This document shows, piece by piece, positions 21,067 through 30,514 of a DNA stretch of 64,000 bases (position 1 is the stretch's first letter; each line of letters begins with the position of its first letter). The DNA comes from an uncultured Chloroflexia bacterium (lineage in GTDB: Bacteria; Chloroflexota; Anaerolineae; JAAYZQ01): contig CAVOXA010000022.1 of assembly GCA_963700285.1 (NCBI GenBank), positions 256,001 through 320,000 on the forward strand, read 5' to 3'. Made by a program: the position numbers and the translations under genes. The notes under the pieces are model-generated. The model worked only from the letters and a program-made list of their open reading frames with translations. It was not told the DNA's origin and ran no database searches.

Positions 21067-21837
21067 CTAGCCCGGGCGGCTATGGGAGGGCGGTTTCGCC
21101 AGTTCAGTCCAGGGCGCCGGTCTGGTGCCGCTGTCTGGGCCTCGCCCTCCACGCCCGGGCGCCCGGGCCAAAAAAAAGGCCAGGATGGCGATACTGGCGG
21201 CTACGCCTGCCAGGGTCGCCAGCAGCGGCTGGCCCACCGCAAAGCCAACCCCGTAGGCCGTGGCAATCACGATGGTCACCGGCGCCGACGCCTGCAGCAG
21301 GGGTACCCTCCACTGCTCGAACTCGGGCGTTCCGGTCTCCGAATCAGGCGCAGTCTGAGCCCGTCGAGATGCCGCCAGGAAACCAATCAGCAGCGCAGGC
21401 CTGAGCAGATTCGTCGCGTTCTGCAGCGTGTTGCCGGGGGCCAGGTTGCCTGTCGCCGCGATGTCCATCAGGTGGACGATGGTTGCTCCCAGGGCAAAGA
21501 CCGTCACGGCGATGACCGTGGCCTCGCGAAAGCCGTCGCGGCGGCCTACTGCCACCATGCCCAGGACACCCAAGGCCAGGTTGGCAAAGGCCACCTCGAG
21601 CTGGAAGGGGCTGCCCGCCTCCCAGCCGATCGATTCGGCCACGATATCGGAGAGAAAAAAGTGGGCCAAAAAGTTCGATATCCCCGACCCGGCCACGGCA
21701 ATCGCAAAGAGAAAGATCAAAACGGTCTCCAATCTCTTTTCTCTGGACGAGGTGGATCTGTCGAAAAGCATGACCACACCGGCGAGCAGCAGGGGCAAAA
21801 GGGCAAAGACAAAGACACGAACTCCGACAGCCTCCAT
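21067..21837 (-). CDS. DUF6790-like membrane protein
   Basis: IGWEAGSPFQLEVAFAN...HLMDIAATGNLAPGN; AAGGAGG RBS. Confidence 0.7.
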   Translation of the reverse strand: MEAVGVRVFVFALLPLLLAGVVMLFDRSTSSREKRLETVLIFLFAIAVAGSGISNFLAHFFLSDIVAESIGWEAGSPFQLEVAFANLALGVLGMVAVGRRDGFREATVIAVTVFALGATIVHLMDIAATGNLAPGNTLQNATNLLRPALLIGFLAASRRAQTAPDSETGTPEFEQWRVPLLQASAPVTIVIATAYGVGFAVGQPLLATLAGVAASIAILAFFLARAPGRGGRGPDSGTRPAPWTELAKPPSHSRPG

Positions 21838-21919
21838 TGTGCATCCTCCTTGGGCGGAATATACTGCAATAATATCATATTAATGATTTCTTGTCAAGTT
21901 GGGCCAATCATCTGCTACG

Positions 21920-22078
21920 GCTGTTGCAAAGTCGTCATCGCGAGCGTCAGCGCATGTCCCGAGCATGTCCTGAGTCCGCGAAGGGCCTGCCGAGGGAAAG
22001 CGATCTCCACTTGTGCCCTGGGGATTGCCACGGCGCAAACAGCGCGCCTCGCAATGACAGATCTGACTGGCAGTGCAT
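21920..22078 (+). mobile_element. MITE/RPE-like dispersed element
   Basis: GGCTGTTGCAAA-GTCATCGCGAG...GGGATTGCCAC...CTCGCAATGACA; related to 6375-6490, 34283-34403 and 55130-55230. Confidence 0.6.
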
Positions 22079-22213
22079 GTCAAGGGACAATGCAGCAGCC
22101 GTCAGGGGCGAGGCATTCCAGGCGAGCAGTGGCTCAACGTGCGGACATCCCTCAACGAAGGGGCTTTGGCATAGCAGGGGGATGCTGGGATTGCCTCGCC
22201 CCTACTCCGACCT

Positions 22214-22243
22214 TTGCTTAAAATGCAGATTTCGTGGTATAAT
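22214..22243 (+). promoter_or_regulatory. Sigma70-type promoter of the small TGA-containing gene pair
   Basis: TTGCTT-18 nt-TATAAT with extended -10 TG. Confidence 0.55.
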
Positions 22244-22355
22244 CGCACGACTCCGCCCAAGAGATCGTCGATCTGGGCCGGATCAGTGGCGAGTCTGGGG
22301 CGCGTCCGGCGCAACGCCCGCAACGCTCGCCAAAACACAAGGAGGTGTAGGAACA

Positions 22356-22541
22356 ATGTGGTGGTGGATCGGTGCTTTTGTGGCCTGGCTCATTGGCTTG
22401 GTCTGAATCCTGTACCTGATGGCGGACGTGTTCCGCGGAAGAACAAAGGGGTTCAGCTTCAGCCTGCTGCCAGGGTATCTGTTTCACGGCCTGTTTGCGG
22501 TTCTAGCCCTGTGGTTCGTATTCAAGGCCATCGGGGCCTAG
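22356..22541 (+). CDS. Small 2-TM membrane protein, 61 aa if the in-frame TGA (22404-22406) is read through; putative selenoprotein A
   Basis: AAGGAGG RBS; MWWWIGAFVAWLIGLV-U-ILYLMADVFRGRTKGFSFSLLPGYLFHGLFAVLALWFVFKAIGA; SECIS-like hairpin GCGGA-CGTGT-TCCGC at 22422-22436. Confidence 0.65.
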
Positions 22542-22566
22542 GGTTCCAGGAGAAAGGGGGATAGCC

Positions 22567-22791
22567 ATGAGGATCGTTGCCGGAATCGTCGGGACCCTGC
22601 TGCTGCTTGCGGGTCTGATATGACTTGTCTACATCTTGAGAGGCGTGTTCTCTCAGGCTGAAGGATTCACCGCGTTGGGCGCCTTGTGGGGGCCTCTGGC
22701 CTTTCATGCCGTCACCACGGGGCTGGGCACCGCGCTGCTGGCCAGGGCGGTGGCCCCCCAGGACGCTATCCAAGCTCAGCCGGCTGAGTGA
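22567..22791 (+). CDS. Small 2-TM membrane protein, 74 aa if the in-frame TGA (22621-22623) is read through; putative selenoprotein B, paralog of the upstream gene
   Basis: Purine-rich RBS; MRIVAGIVGTLLLLAGLI-U-LVYILRGVFSQAEGFTALGALWGPLAFHAVTTGLGTALLARAVAPQDAIQAQPAE; hairpin CTTGAGAGG-CGTGT-TCTCTCAGG at 22635-22657. Confidence 0.65.
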
Positions 22792-22974
22792 TCGACAGGA
22801 ATTCGGATGCGCGTAACCTGGATCTGGTGAAAGCGTTCTATCATTGCGATCTGACGCAGACCTGACAGGTTCTTTGGTATCTGCATCATCCAAGCCCTGG
22901 CGGGCTGGCGGAAAGACACCATACTTTGCGATCTGGCATGAACCTGTCAGATCCTAACTCAAAAGGGGGTACCG

Positions 22975-23616
22975 ATGAAAGAAGTCGTTTTCGGCGCAAA
23001 AGTTGAATGTACAGACGGAGAGGCCGGTGAGGTTGTGAATCTCCTCGTCGATCCTGTGAGCCGGGATGTGGCGCACTATGTCGTCAAGGAAAAGGCGCGT
23101 CCCCATACGGAGCGCCTGGTTCCTGCCTATCTGGAGATTGAGAGCACCCCGGAACTCATCAAGCTGAAATGCACGCTGGCAGAGCTCGCCGACATGACTG
23201 CGTACCGTTTCAATGTGGCTTACCAAACCAACCCATCAGCTTCCATGGGAGCGGATCCCTACGGGGGGGGTCTCGCGAACCGGACCTATGTCATTGAGAG
23301 GACTGTGGTGCCCCAGGGCGAGCAGGCTTTTTCCATGCATTCCAAGGTGGAGGCAAAGGATGGTACTGTGGGCCGGGTGGATGGGGTCCTGACCGATGAG
23401 GAGACGGGCGAGATCACGCACATGCTCATGCGCAAGGGGCACGCCTGGGGCGAGAAAGAGGTCGTAATTCCGGTGTCGCTCATCGACCACTCGCATGAGG
23501 GTACGGTCTATCTCAAGGTCAACAAGGATGAGGCGTTGGACCAACTCACCCTGTCGGCCGCGTGGGGGCACGGGCCCTCCGAGGACGAGCTGGAGGACCT
23601 GCTGGACGGCGAGTAA
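22975..23616 (+). CDS. Tandem PRC-barrel domain protein
   Basis: GAKVECTDGEAGEV..LLVDP and SKVEAKDGTVGRVDGVLTD...ITHMLMRKGHAWGEKEVVIPVS. Confidence 0.8.
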   Translation: MKEVVFGAKVECTDGEAGEVVNLLVDPVSRDVAHYVVKEKARPHTERLVPAYLEIESTPELIKLKCTLAELADMTAYRFNVAYQTNPSASMGADPYGGGLANRTYVIERTVVPQGEQAFSMHSKVEAKDGTVGRVDGVLTDEETGEITHMLMRKGHAWGEKEVVIPVSLIDHSHEGTVYLKVNKDEALDQLTLSAAWGHGPSEDELEDLLDGE

Positions 23617-23619
23617 GCG

Positions 23620-24556
23620 TTCGTAGTCGGCGATTCAGCGCCGTAAGTAAGTGCGATGAATCGCGCACTACGAACGGGGCGATACCAGGCGAGCAACCGT
23701 TCGTAGTCGGCGATTCATCGCCGTAAGAAAGCGCGATGAATCGCGCACTACGAACGGTACTGTGGCGGGCGCGAAACTGTTCGTAGTCGGCGATTCATCG
23801 CCGTAAGAAGGCGCGATGAATCGCGCACTACGAACGGGGCGATACCAGGTGAGCAACCGTTCGTAGTCGGCGATTCATCGCCGTAAGAAAGCGCGATGAA
23901 TCGCGCACTACGAACGGGGCGATACCAGGTGAGCAACTGTTCGTAGTCGGCGATTCATCGCCGCAAGAAAGCGCGATGAATCGCGCACTACGAACGGTAC
24001 TGTGCCGGGCGCGAAACTGTTCGTAGTCGGCGATTCATCGCCGTAAGAAAGCGCGATGAATCGCGCACTACGAACGGGGCGATACCAGGTGAGCAACCGT
24101 TCGTAGTCGGCGATTCATCGCCGTAAGAAAGCGCGATGAATCGCGCACTACGAACGGGGCGATATCAGGTGAGCAACTGTTCGTAGTCGGCGATTCATCG
24201 CCGTAGGAAAGCGCGATGAATCGCGCACTACGAACGGGGCGATACCTGGCGAGCAACCGTTCGTAGTCGGCGATTCATCGCCGCAAGAAAGCGCGATGAA
24301 TCGCGCACTACGAACGGGGTGATACCAGGTGAGCAACCGTTCGTAGTCGGCGATTCATCGACGTAGGAAAGCGCGATGAATCGCGCACTACGAACGGGGC
24401 GATACCAGGTGAGCAACCGTTCGTAGTCGGCGATTCATCGCCGTAGGAAAGCGCGATGAATCGCGCACTACGAACGGTACTGTGGCGGGCGCGAAACTGT
24501 TCGTAGTCGGCGATTCATCGCCGCAAGAAAGCGCGATGAATCGCGCACTACGAACG
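23620..24556. repeat. GTAG-REP/BIME-like tandem array, 12 units of exactly 80 bp
   Basis: TCGTAGTCGGCGATTCATCGCCG starts at 23621, 23701 ... 24501. Each is followed by an inverted partner GCGCGATGAATCGCGCACTACGAA and one of two linker types. Confidence 0.95.
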
Positions 24557-24605
24557 GGGGCGTCGCGTGCCCGAAGGCGAGCAACCGGCGAAGGAGAAAC
24601 GTGCC

Positions 24606-25991
24606 GTGCCCAAGATCACACTGATTGGAGCGGGGAGCGCGGTATTCGCCCGGAATCTGATGGGCGACATCCTCAGCTTCCCGGATCTGTCAGACAGCAC
24701 GCTTACCCTCCACGACATCGACGAGGAACGACTGCGAACCTCAGAGATCGTGGCCCACAAGCTGGCCGCCAAGCTGGGGGCCCGGCCCCGGATCGAGGCC
24801 ACCACCGACAGGCGGGCGGCCCTGGACGGCGCCGACTATGCCATCACCATGTTCCAGGTGGGCGGCTACGAGCCCAGCACGGTGATTGACTTTGAGATCC
24901 CCAAAAAGTACGGCCTGCGCCAGACCATCGGTGACACGCTGGGCGTGGGCGGCATCATGCGCGGCCTGCGCACCATCCCGGTACTGCTGGATATGTGCCA
25001 GGACATGGAAGAACTGTGCCCCGACGTGCTGCTCCTGAACTATGTGAATCCCATGGCCATGCTCTGTTGGGCGCTCAACGAGGCGACGGCCATCAACACC
25101 GTGGGGCTGTGCCACAGCGTTTTTCTCACGGCCAAAGAACTCTCGCGCGACATCGGCCTGCCCCTGGCAGAGATCAACTATCTCTGTGCCGGCATCAACC
25201 ACATGGCCTTCTTCCTGACCTTTGAACGCGACGGCCAGGACCTCTACCCTCTGATCCGCCAGGTGATCGAGGAGGGCCGGGTGCCCGATTCCAACCGGGT
25301 GCGCTACGAGGTCTGCAAGAGGCTCGGCTATTTTGTCACCGAGTCCAGTGAGCATTTCAGCGAGTACGTGCCCTGGTTCATCAAGCGCGACCGTCCCGAC
25401 CTCATCGAGCGCTTCAATATCCCCCTGGACGAGTACCCCAACCGCTGCCTTCTGCAGATCAGGGCCTGGGAGCTGATCAAGGACAGCCTGGAAAAGGACG
25501 TCACTCCCTCGGAGGAGGATCTGCGTCGCGTGTTGGAGGGCGTGACGGTCATGCCCTTCATCGCCGCTGCAGCGGAGCGCAGACTGGCGGCCGTGGAAGG
25601 CTACGAGTTCAGCAACGAGTACGGCTCCGAGATCATCCACAGCATCGAGGCGGGCACGCCTCGCGTCATCTATGGCAACGTGCCCAACCAGGGCCTCATC
25701 GACAACCTACCCCAGGACTGCATCGTCGAGGTGCCCTGCCTGGTGGACAAGAACGGCGTCCAGCCGGTGCGCATCGGCAGCCTGCCGCCGCACCTGGCGG
25801 CGCTGATGCAGACCAACGTCAACGTGCAGGCTCTGACGGTGGAAGCCGCCCTGACCCGCAAGCGGGAGCACATCTACCACGCGGCCATGCTCGATCCCCA
25901 TACCGCGGCCGAGTTGGACCTGGACCAGATCTGGAACCTGGTCGATGACCTCATCGAGGCGCACGGCGACTGGCTGCCGGCCTATCACTGA
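24606..25991 (+). CDS. melA: GH4 alpha-galactosidase/alpha-glucosidase
   Basis: [46 protein letters not shown]. Confidence 0.9.
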   Translation: MPKITLIGAGSAVFARNLMGDILSFPDLSDSTLTLHDIDEERLRTSEIVAHKLAAKLGARPRIEATTDRRAALDGADYAITMFQVGGYEPSTVIDFEIPKKYGLRQTIGDTLGVGGIMRGLRTIPVLLDMCQDMEELCPDVLLLNYVNPMAMLCWALNEATAINTVGLCHSVFLTAKELSRDIGLPLAEINYLCAGINHMAFFLTFERDGQDLYPLIRQVIEEGRVPDSNRVRYEVCKRLGYFVTESSEHFSEYVPWFIKRDRPDLIERFNIPLDEYPNRCLLQIRAWELIKDSLEKDVTPSEEDLRRVLEGVTVMPFIAAAAERRLAAVEGYEFSNEYGSEIIHSIEAGTPRVIYGNVPNQGLIDNLPQDCIVEVPCLVDKNGVQPVRIGSLPPHLAALMQTNVNVQALTVEAALTRKREHIYHAAMLDPHTAAELDLDQIWNLVDDLIEAHGDWLPAYH

Positions 25992-26141
25992 TGGCAATCG
26001 GGCGAGATAGTGCGTCCGTAGAACTGGGCCGCATCGAGAAGTGGGGAGACTCCTTGCTGATATCCTGCACGAGTCGGTTTCGCTGCAGCGTTTTCTACTG
26101 GACAGGGGTGGCGGGAAGCGCAAGTCTCGCGGCCAGAGGGC

Positions 26142-27254
26142 ATGAGTTCGATGGAGACGAGTCGCACGAAAGTCGGCACAGCTATCATCGGCACGGGCAA
26201 GGTGGCCCACGCCCACGCCGCGGCCCTGGCCGCGAACCCCCTTTCCAGATTCGAAGCCGTCTGCAACCCGGACCCGGAGCTTGCCAGCTCCTTTGCCCGG
26301 CGCTACGGCGTGCGCGCCTTTACCGACGCCGGCGAGATGCTCCAGGACCCCGCGGTTGACGCGGTCTGCATCTGCACGCCCCATCCCAGCCACGCCGATC
26401 TGGCCGTCATGGCCGCCACGCAGGGGGTGCACATCCTGGTCGAAAAACCCATGGCCCTCACCCTGGGCGATTGCGACCGCATGATCGAGGCCGCTGCTCA
26501 GGCCGGCGTCAAGCTGGGCGTCATCAGCCAGCGCCGCCTCTACGAGCCGGTCCAGCGCTTGAAACGGGCCATCGACGAGGGCAGGATCGGCCGGCCCATC
26601 CTGGGGACGGCCACCGTCCTGAGCTGGCGCGGCCCCGAGTATTACGCCCTGGATGATTGGCGCGGCACCTGGGCCGGGGAGGGCGGCGGCGTCCTGGTCA
26701 CCCAGGTCGTCCACCATCTCGATCTCCTCCAGTGGTTCATGGGGCCCATCGCCGAGGTCTCGGCCTACTGGTCCAACCTGAACCATCCTTTTATCGAGGT
26801 CGAGGATACCGCCGTCGCCTCGCTGCGCTTCACCAGCGGCGCCCTGGGCAGCATCGTCGTCAGCAACTCGCAGAACCCGGGGCTCTATGCCCGCATCCAC
26901 GTCCACGGCTACTCGGGCGCCACCGTCGGCGTGCAGACCGACGGCGGCACGCAGTTCATCACAGGCGTGAGTGAAGAGGCCGAGCCGCCCTACAACGATT
27001 TCTGGACCGTCCCGGGCGAGCAGGATCTCCTACCCGGCTGGCAGGCCGCCGACCGGGCCCGGGCAGGGGAGATCGATATCATGAGCCACTACCACGGCCT
27101 GCAGATCGCCGATTTTCTGGAGGCCATCGTGCAGGACCGTGAGCCCATGGTTCCAGGCCGGGAGGGGCGCAAGATGGTCGAGCTGGTGCAGGCCATCTAT
27201 CGCTCTGGCTCCCAGCAGCGCCCGGTCCGCTTCCCGGTTCCGGGCGACGATTGA
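26142..27254 (+). CDS. Gfo/Idh/MocA oxidoreductase
   Basis: IIGTG, CTPHPSH, VEKPMA, WRGTW..EGGGVL, VEDTA. Confidence 0.92.
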   Translation: MSSMETSRTKVGTAIIGTGKVAHAHAAALAANPLSRFEAVCNPDPELASSFARRYGVRAFTDAGEMLQDPAVDAVCICTPHPSHADLAVMAATQGVHILVEKPMALTLGDCDRMIEAAAQAGVKLGVISQRRLYEPVQRLKRAIDEGRIGRPILGTATVLSWRGPEYYALDDWRGTWAGEGGGVLVTQVVHHLDLLQWFMGPIAEVSAYWSNLNHPFIEVEDTAVASLRFTSGALGSIVVSNSQNPGLYARIHVHGYSGATVGVQTDGGTQFITGVSEEAEPPYNDFWTVPGEQDLLPGWQAADRARAGEIDIMSHYHGLQIADFLEAIVQDREPMVPGREGRKMVELVQAIYRSGSQQRPVRFPVPGDD

Positions 27255-27279
27255 ACGCATCTTGGAAGGAACGGATACT

Positions 27280-28311
27280 GTGAAAGCTCTCGTGTTGGAA
27301 CAGCCCAACCAATTGACCTACAAGGATGTACCCCTGCCCTCTCCCGGCCCGGCCGAGGTTCTGGTCCAGGTGCGGGCCTGCGGCATCTGCGGCAGCGACG
27401 TCCATGGCCTGGACGGCAGCACCGGCCGGCGCATCCCGCCCCTGATCATGGGCCACGAGGCGGCCGGAGTTGTCGAGGCCGTGGGGCCCGAAGTAAAGGG
27501 CTGGCAGCCCGGCGACAGGGTGACCTTTGATTCGACCATCTACTGCGGGGAGTGCTACTACTGCCTGCGGGGTATGATCAATCTGTGCGACAATCGCCGG
27601 GTGATGGGCGTTGCCTGCGCCGACTATGTGCAGGACGGAGCTTTTGCCGAGTACGTTGCCGTCCCTCAGCATCTGCTCTACCGGCTGCCCGACGCCCTCT
27701 CCTTTGAGCGAGCGGCGGTGGTCGAGGCCCTGTCCATCGCATACCATGCCCTGCAGCGCTCCCGCGTCTCGTTGGGGGATACAACCTGCGTGATCGGAAA
27801 CGGCATGATCGGCGTTCTCATCACCCAGTTGCTGTCCCTGGCAGGCTGCCGTCACGTAATCGCGGTGGACGTGGATGAGAGCCGCCTGGCCATCGCCCGG
27901 CGTTTTGGGGCCGACCGGGTGCTGGTGCCCGGTCGCGACGACGTCGTGGCCGAGGCGCTGGCAGCCACCGCTGGTCGAGGCGTCGACGTCGCCTTTGAGG
28001 TGGTGGGCATCAGCGACACGTTGGACCTGGCCGTACGGTGCGTCCGCAAGGGCGGTCAGGTAGTCCTGGTGGGCAACGTGGCAGCCGAGGCACGCTTGCC
28101 CCTGCAGTACACGGTGACGCGAGAGCTGGACCTGCGAGCCTCTTGCGCGTCACGGCTAGAGTATCCGGCCTGCCTTGACCTGCTGGCGCGAGGGGCCGTG
28201 GACGTCGATCCCATCATCAGCGCTGTGGCTCCCCTGAGCGAGGGTGCGGCCTGGTTCGCCAGGCTGCAAAAGGGCGAGCCGGGCCTCATGAAGGTCATTC
28301 TGGTCCCCTGA
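27280..28311 (+). CDS. Zn-dependent sugar alcohol dehydrogenase (galactitol-1-P/sorbitol DH-like)
   Basis: CGICGSD, GHEAAG, CGECYYC..NLC. Confidence 0.9.
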   Translation: MKALVLEQPNQLTYKDVPLPSPGPAEVLVQVRACGICGSDVHGLDGSTGRRIPPLIMGHEAAGVVEAVGPEVKGWQPGDRVTFDSTIYCGECYYCLRGMINLCDNRRVMGVACADYVQDGAFAEYVAVPQHLLYRLPDALSFERAAVVEALSIAYHALQRSRVSLGDTTCVIGNGMIGVLITQLLSLAGCRHVIAVDVDESRLAIARRFGADRVLVPGRDDVVAEALAATAGRGVDVAFEVVGISDTLDLAVRCVRKGGQVVLVGNVAAEARLPLQYTVTRELDLRASCASRLEYPACLDLLARGAVDVDPIISAVAPLSEGAAWFARLQKGEPGLMKVILVP

Positions 28312-28324
28312 GGGAGAACCGTCG

Positions 28325-29443
28325 ATGAAGACGAAGCAAGAGAGAATTGGTACGGCCATCATTGGTACAGGCCTGGTGGCGCACACCCACGCCGCGGCAT
28401 TGGTGGCGGATCCTCGCTCGAGACTCGTTGCCGTCTGCAGCCGCGACTTGGAGAAGGTCCGCGCTTTTGCCCGGCGCTATGGCGTGCGCGCTTATTCGGA
28501 TGCGAGCGAGTTGCTCCGGGATCCGGCGGTTGGCGCGGTGTGCATCTGCACGCCCCATCCCAGCCATGCGGACCTGACCGTCATGGCCGCCCGGCAGGGA
28601 GTACACGTGCTCGTTGAAAAGCCGATGGCCATCACGGTGGCCGATTGCGACCGCATGATCGAAGCCGCGGATCAGGCTGGCGTCAAGCTAGGCGTCATCA
28701 GCCAGCGCCGCCTCTACGAGCCGGTCCGGCGCGTAAAACGGGCCATCGACGAGGGCAGGATCGGCCAGCCCATCCTGGGGACAGTCACCGTCCTCGGCTG
28801 GAGGGGCCCCGAGTACTATGCCATGGATGCTTGGCGGGGTACCTGGGATGAGGAGGGCGGCGGGATCCTGGTCAACCAGGTGGTCCACCAACTGGATCTC
28901 TTCCAATGGTTCATGGGACCCATCGCCGAGCTCTCGGCCTACTGGTCCAATCTGAACCATCCCTTTATCGAGGTCGAGGATACCGCCGTCGCCTCGCTGC
29001 GTTTCGCCAACGGCGCCCTGGGCAGCATCGTCGTCAGCAACTCGCAAAACCCAGGGCTTTACGCCAAGATCCACGTCCATGGCTACTCTGGCGCCACCGT
29101 TGGCGTGCAGACCGACGGCGGCTCGACCTTTGTGGCGGGCGTGACCGAAGAAGTGGATCCGCCCCACAATGACGTCTGGACGGTGGCCGGTGAAGAGGAA
29201 CATCTGGCCAAGTGGCAGGCCGCTGACCGGGCCCGGGCTGGTGAAGTGGACATCATGAGCCACTACCATGTCCTGCAGATCGCCGATTTCCTGGAGGCCA
29301 TCGCTCAGGACAGGGAGCCCATGGTCACCGGACGGGAGGGGCGCAAGTTGGTCGAGCTGGTCCAGGCCATCTATCGCTCCGGCGCCCAGCAGAGCCCGGT
29401 CCGCTTTCCGGTACCGGCCGAAGGCCCCGAATGCCCTTCGTAG
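28325..29443 (+). CDS. Gfo/Idh/MocA oxidoreductase, close paralog of 26142..27254
   Basis: Long identical protein and DNA stretches with the first copy. Confidence 0.92.
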   Translation: MKTKQERIGTAIIGTGLVAHTHAAALVADPRSRLVAVCSRDLEKVRAFARRYGVRAYSDASELLRDPAVGAVCICTPHPSHADLTVMAARQGVHVLVEKPMAITVADCDRMIEAADQAGVKLGVISQRRLYEPVRRVKRAIDEGRIGQPILGTVTVLGWRGPEYYAMDAWRGTWDEEGGGILVNQVVHQLDLFQWFMGPIAELSAYWSNLNHPFIEVEDTAVASLRFANGALGSIVVSNSQNPGLYAKIHVHGYSGATVGVQTDGGSTFVAGVTEEVDPPHNDVWTVAGEEEHLAKWQAADRARAGEVDIMSHYHVLQIADFLEAIAQDREPMVTGREGRKLVELVQAIYRSGAQQSPVRFPVPAEGPECPS

Positions 29444-29479
29444 GTTTCTGGCCGGGTTGCCGGGCCCGGCACCCATGCC

Positions 29480-29527
29480 TGTCATTCCCGTCACCCACCT
29501 TGTCATTCCCGCGCAGGCGGGAATCCA
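29480..29527. repeat. GTCATTCCCGCGCAGGCGGGAATCCA-type REP palindrome with a partial duplicate
   Basis: ATTCCCGC-GCAG-GCGGGAAT hairpin preceded by a second TGTCATTCCCG. Confidence 0.65.
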
Positions 29528-29756
29528 CTGCCCGCGAGCCACAACGCCCAAGGTCATCTGTCGCAAGCGCAAGGCCAGACTTCGGGGGTTCAAGAAAACC
29601 CCGAGGTTGATGAGCCGGGGGGCCTGGCCCCGTAGGGCCAGACTGATGCTTCCTTGCCCCCCTTTTGCCCCAGGCCAGGATCCGTGATAGAATGCCCCGA
29701 AGCGGAGGCAATCACTGGGACCGTGCCGTGCGACGGTGCGCCATGAGGGAGACAGG

Positions 29757-30317
29757 ATGTCCGAACTGGGCAAGACAAACGAGATCGCGGATGAATTGGT
29801 CATGGAATCGGTCAAGGAGGAGAGGCCCGGGCAGAAAACCCTCGATTGGCACAATTGGGTTGGCCTGACTACCCTGCTGCTGGCGCTGCTGGCCGCCATC
29901 GGCGCCCTGCTGGCCGGCCTCACCGCCAACGAGGCGGTCCTGGACAGGACCATGGAGGCCATCGAAGCCTCGAAGCTGGCGGGGGCTCAGGTTAGGGTTG
30001 AGGTGTTGAAGGCCAAGCAGGAGATCCTGCTCAACGCGGGCCATGCGCCCGACGCGGGCGAGGAAGCAGAACTCCGGGCCTACCAACATCAGGTGTCGCA
30101 GCTCTTGGCAGACGCGGCTGGCGACGAGGCAACTGTGGCCGCCACCCGCTACGCCCACCTGGTCCTGGCGGTTGCGGTAACGATCCTTTCCGTCGGCATT
30201 GCGCTGTGCGGCATGGCCGTCGTCATAGAGCGAAAGTGGTTGTGGGCCGCCGGCCTCGTTGTCGGCGTCGCCGGCACCATCGGCCTGGGCATCGGCATTG
30301 CCACGATGCTGAGCTAG
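29757..30317 (+). CDS. DUF4337-like membrane protein
   Basis: WVGLTTLLLALLAAIG TM segment, coiled region, two C-terminal TM segments. Confidence 0.6.
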   Translation: MSELGKTNEIADELVMESVKEERPGQKTLDWHNWVGLTTLLLALLAAIGALLAGLTANEAVLDRTMEAIEASKLAGAQVRVEVLKAKQEILLNAGHAPDAGEEAELRAYQHQVSQLLADAAGDEATVAATRYAHLVLAVAVTILSVGIALCGMAVVIERKWLWAAGLVVGVAGTIGLGIGIATMLS

Positions 30318-30514
30318 CCTGACTCAATATGACAACGGATCCGGTCTCGGCCGATTCGCTGAATCCCTTGAACCGCTGTCATGTTGGCCGGCGACCCCGG
30401 AAGCCCCAAGCGCCTTCAGGCCGCGTACCCATTTGCCGCATGTCCAGGACTGTGGTATACTCACGCCTAATGAAACCGCCACGACTCCGCCACCAACCCT
30501 GAAAGGCGATACCC

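Noticed and set aside
22404-22623. Genome-wide UGA reassignment (code 4/25) as the explanation for the two TGAs
   Set aside because: Many well-conserved genes in the window terminate at TGA at their expected ends.
23508-24416. Repetitive 62-aa ORFs (and MNRALRTG ORFs at 36515-37551)
   Set aside because: By-products of the DNA repeat; no RBS, and they occur in shifting frames.
23620-24556. CRISPR array interpretation (also 36570-37556)
   Set aside because: The linkers are not unique spacers, units are paired inverted GTAG palindromes, and there are no cas genes in the window.
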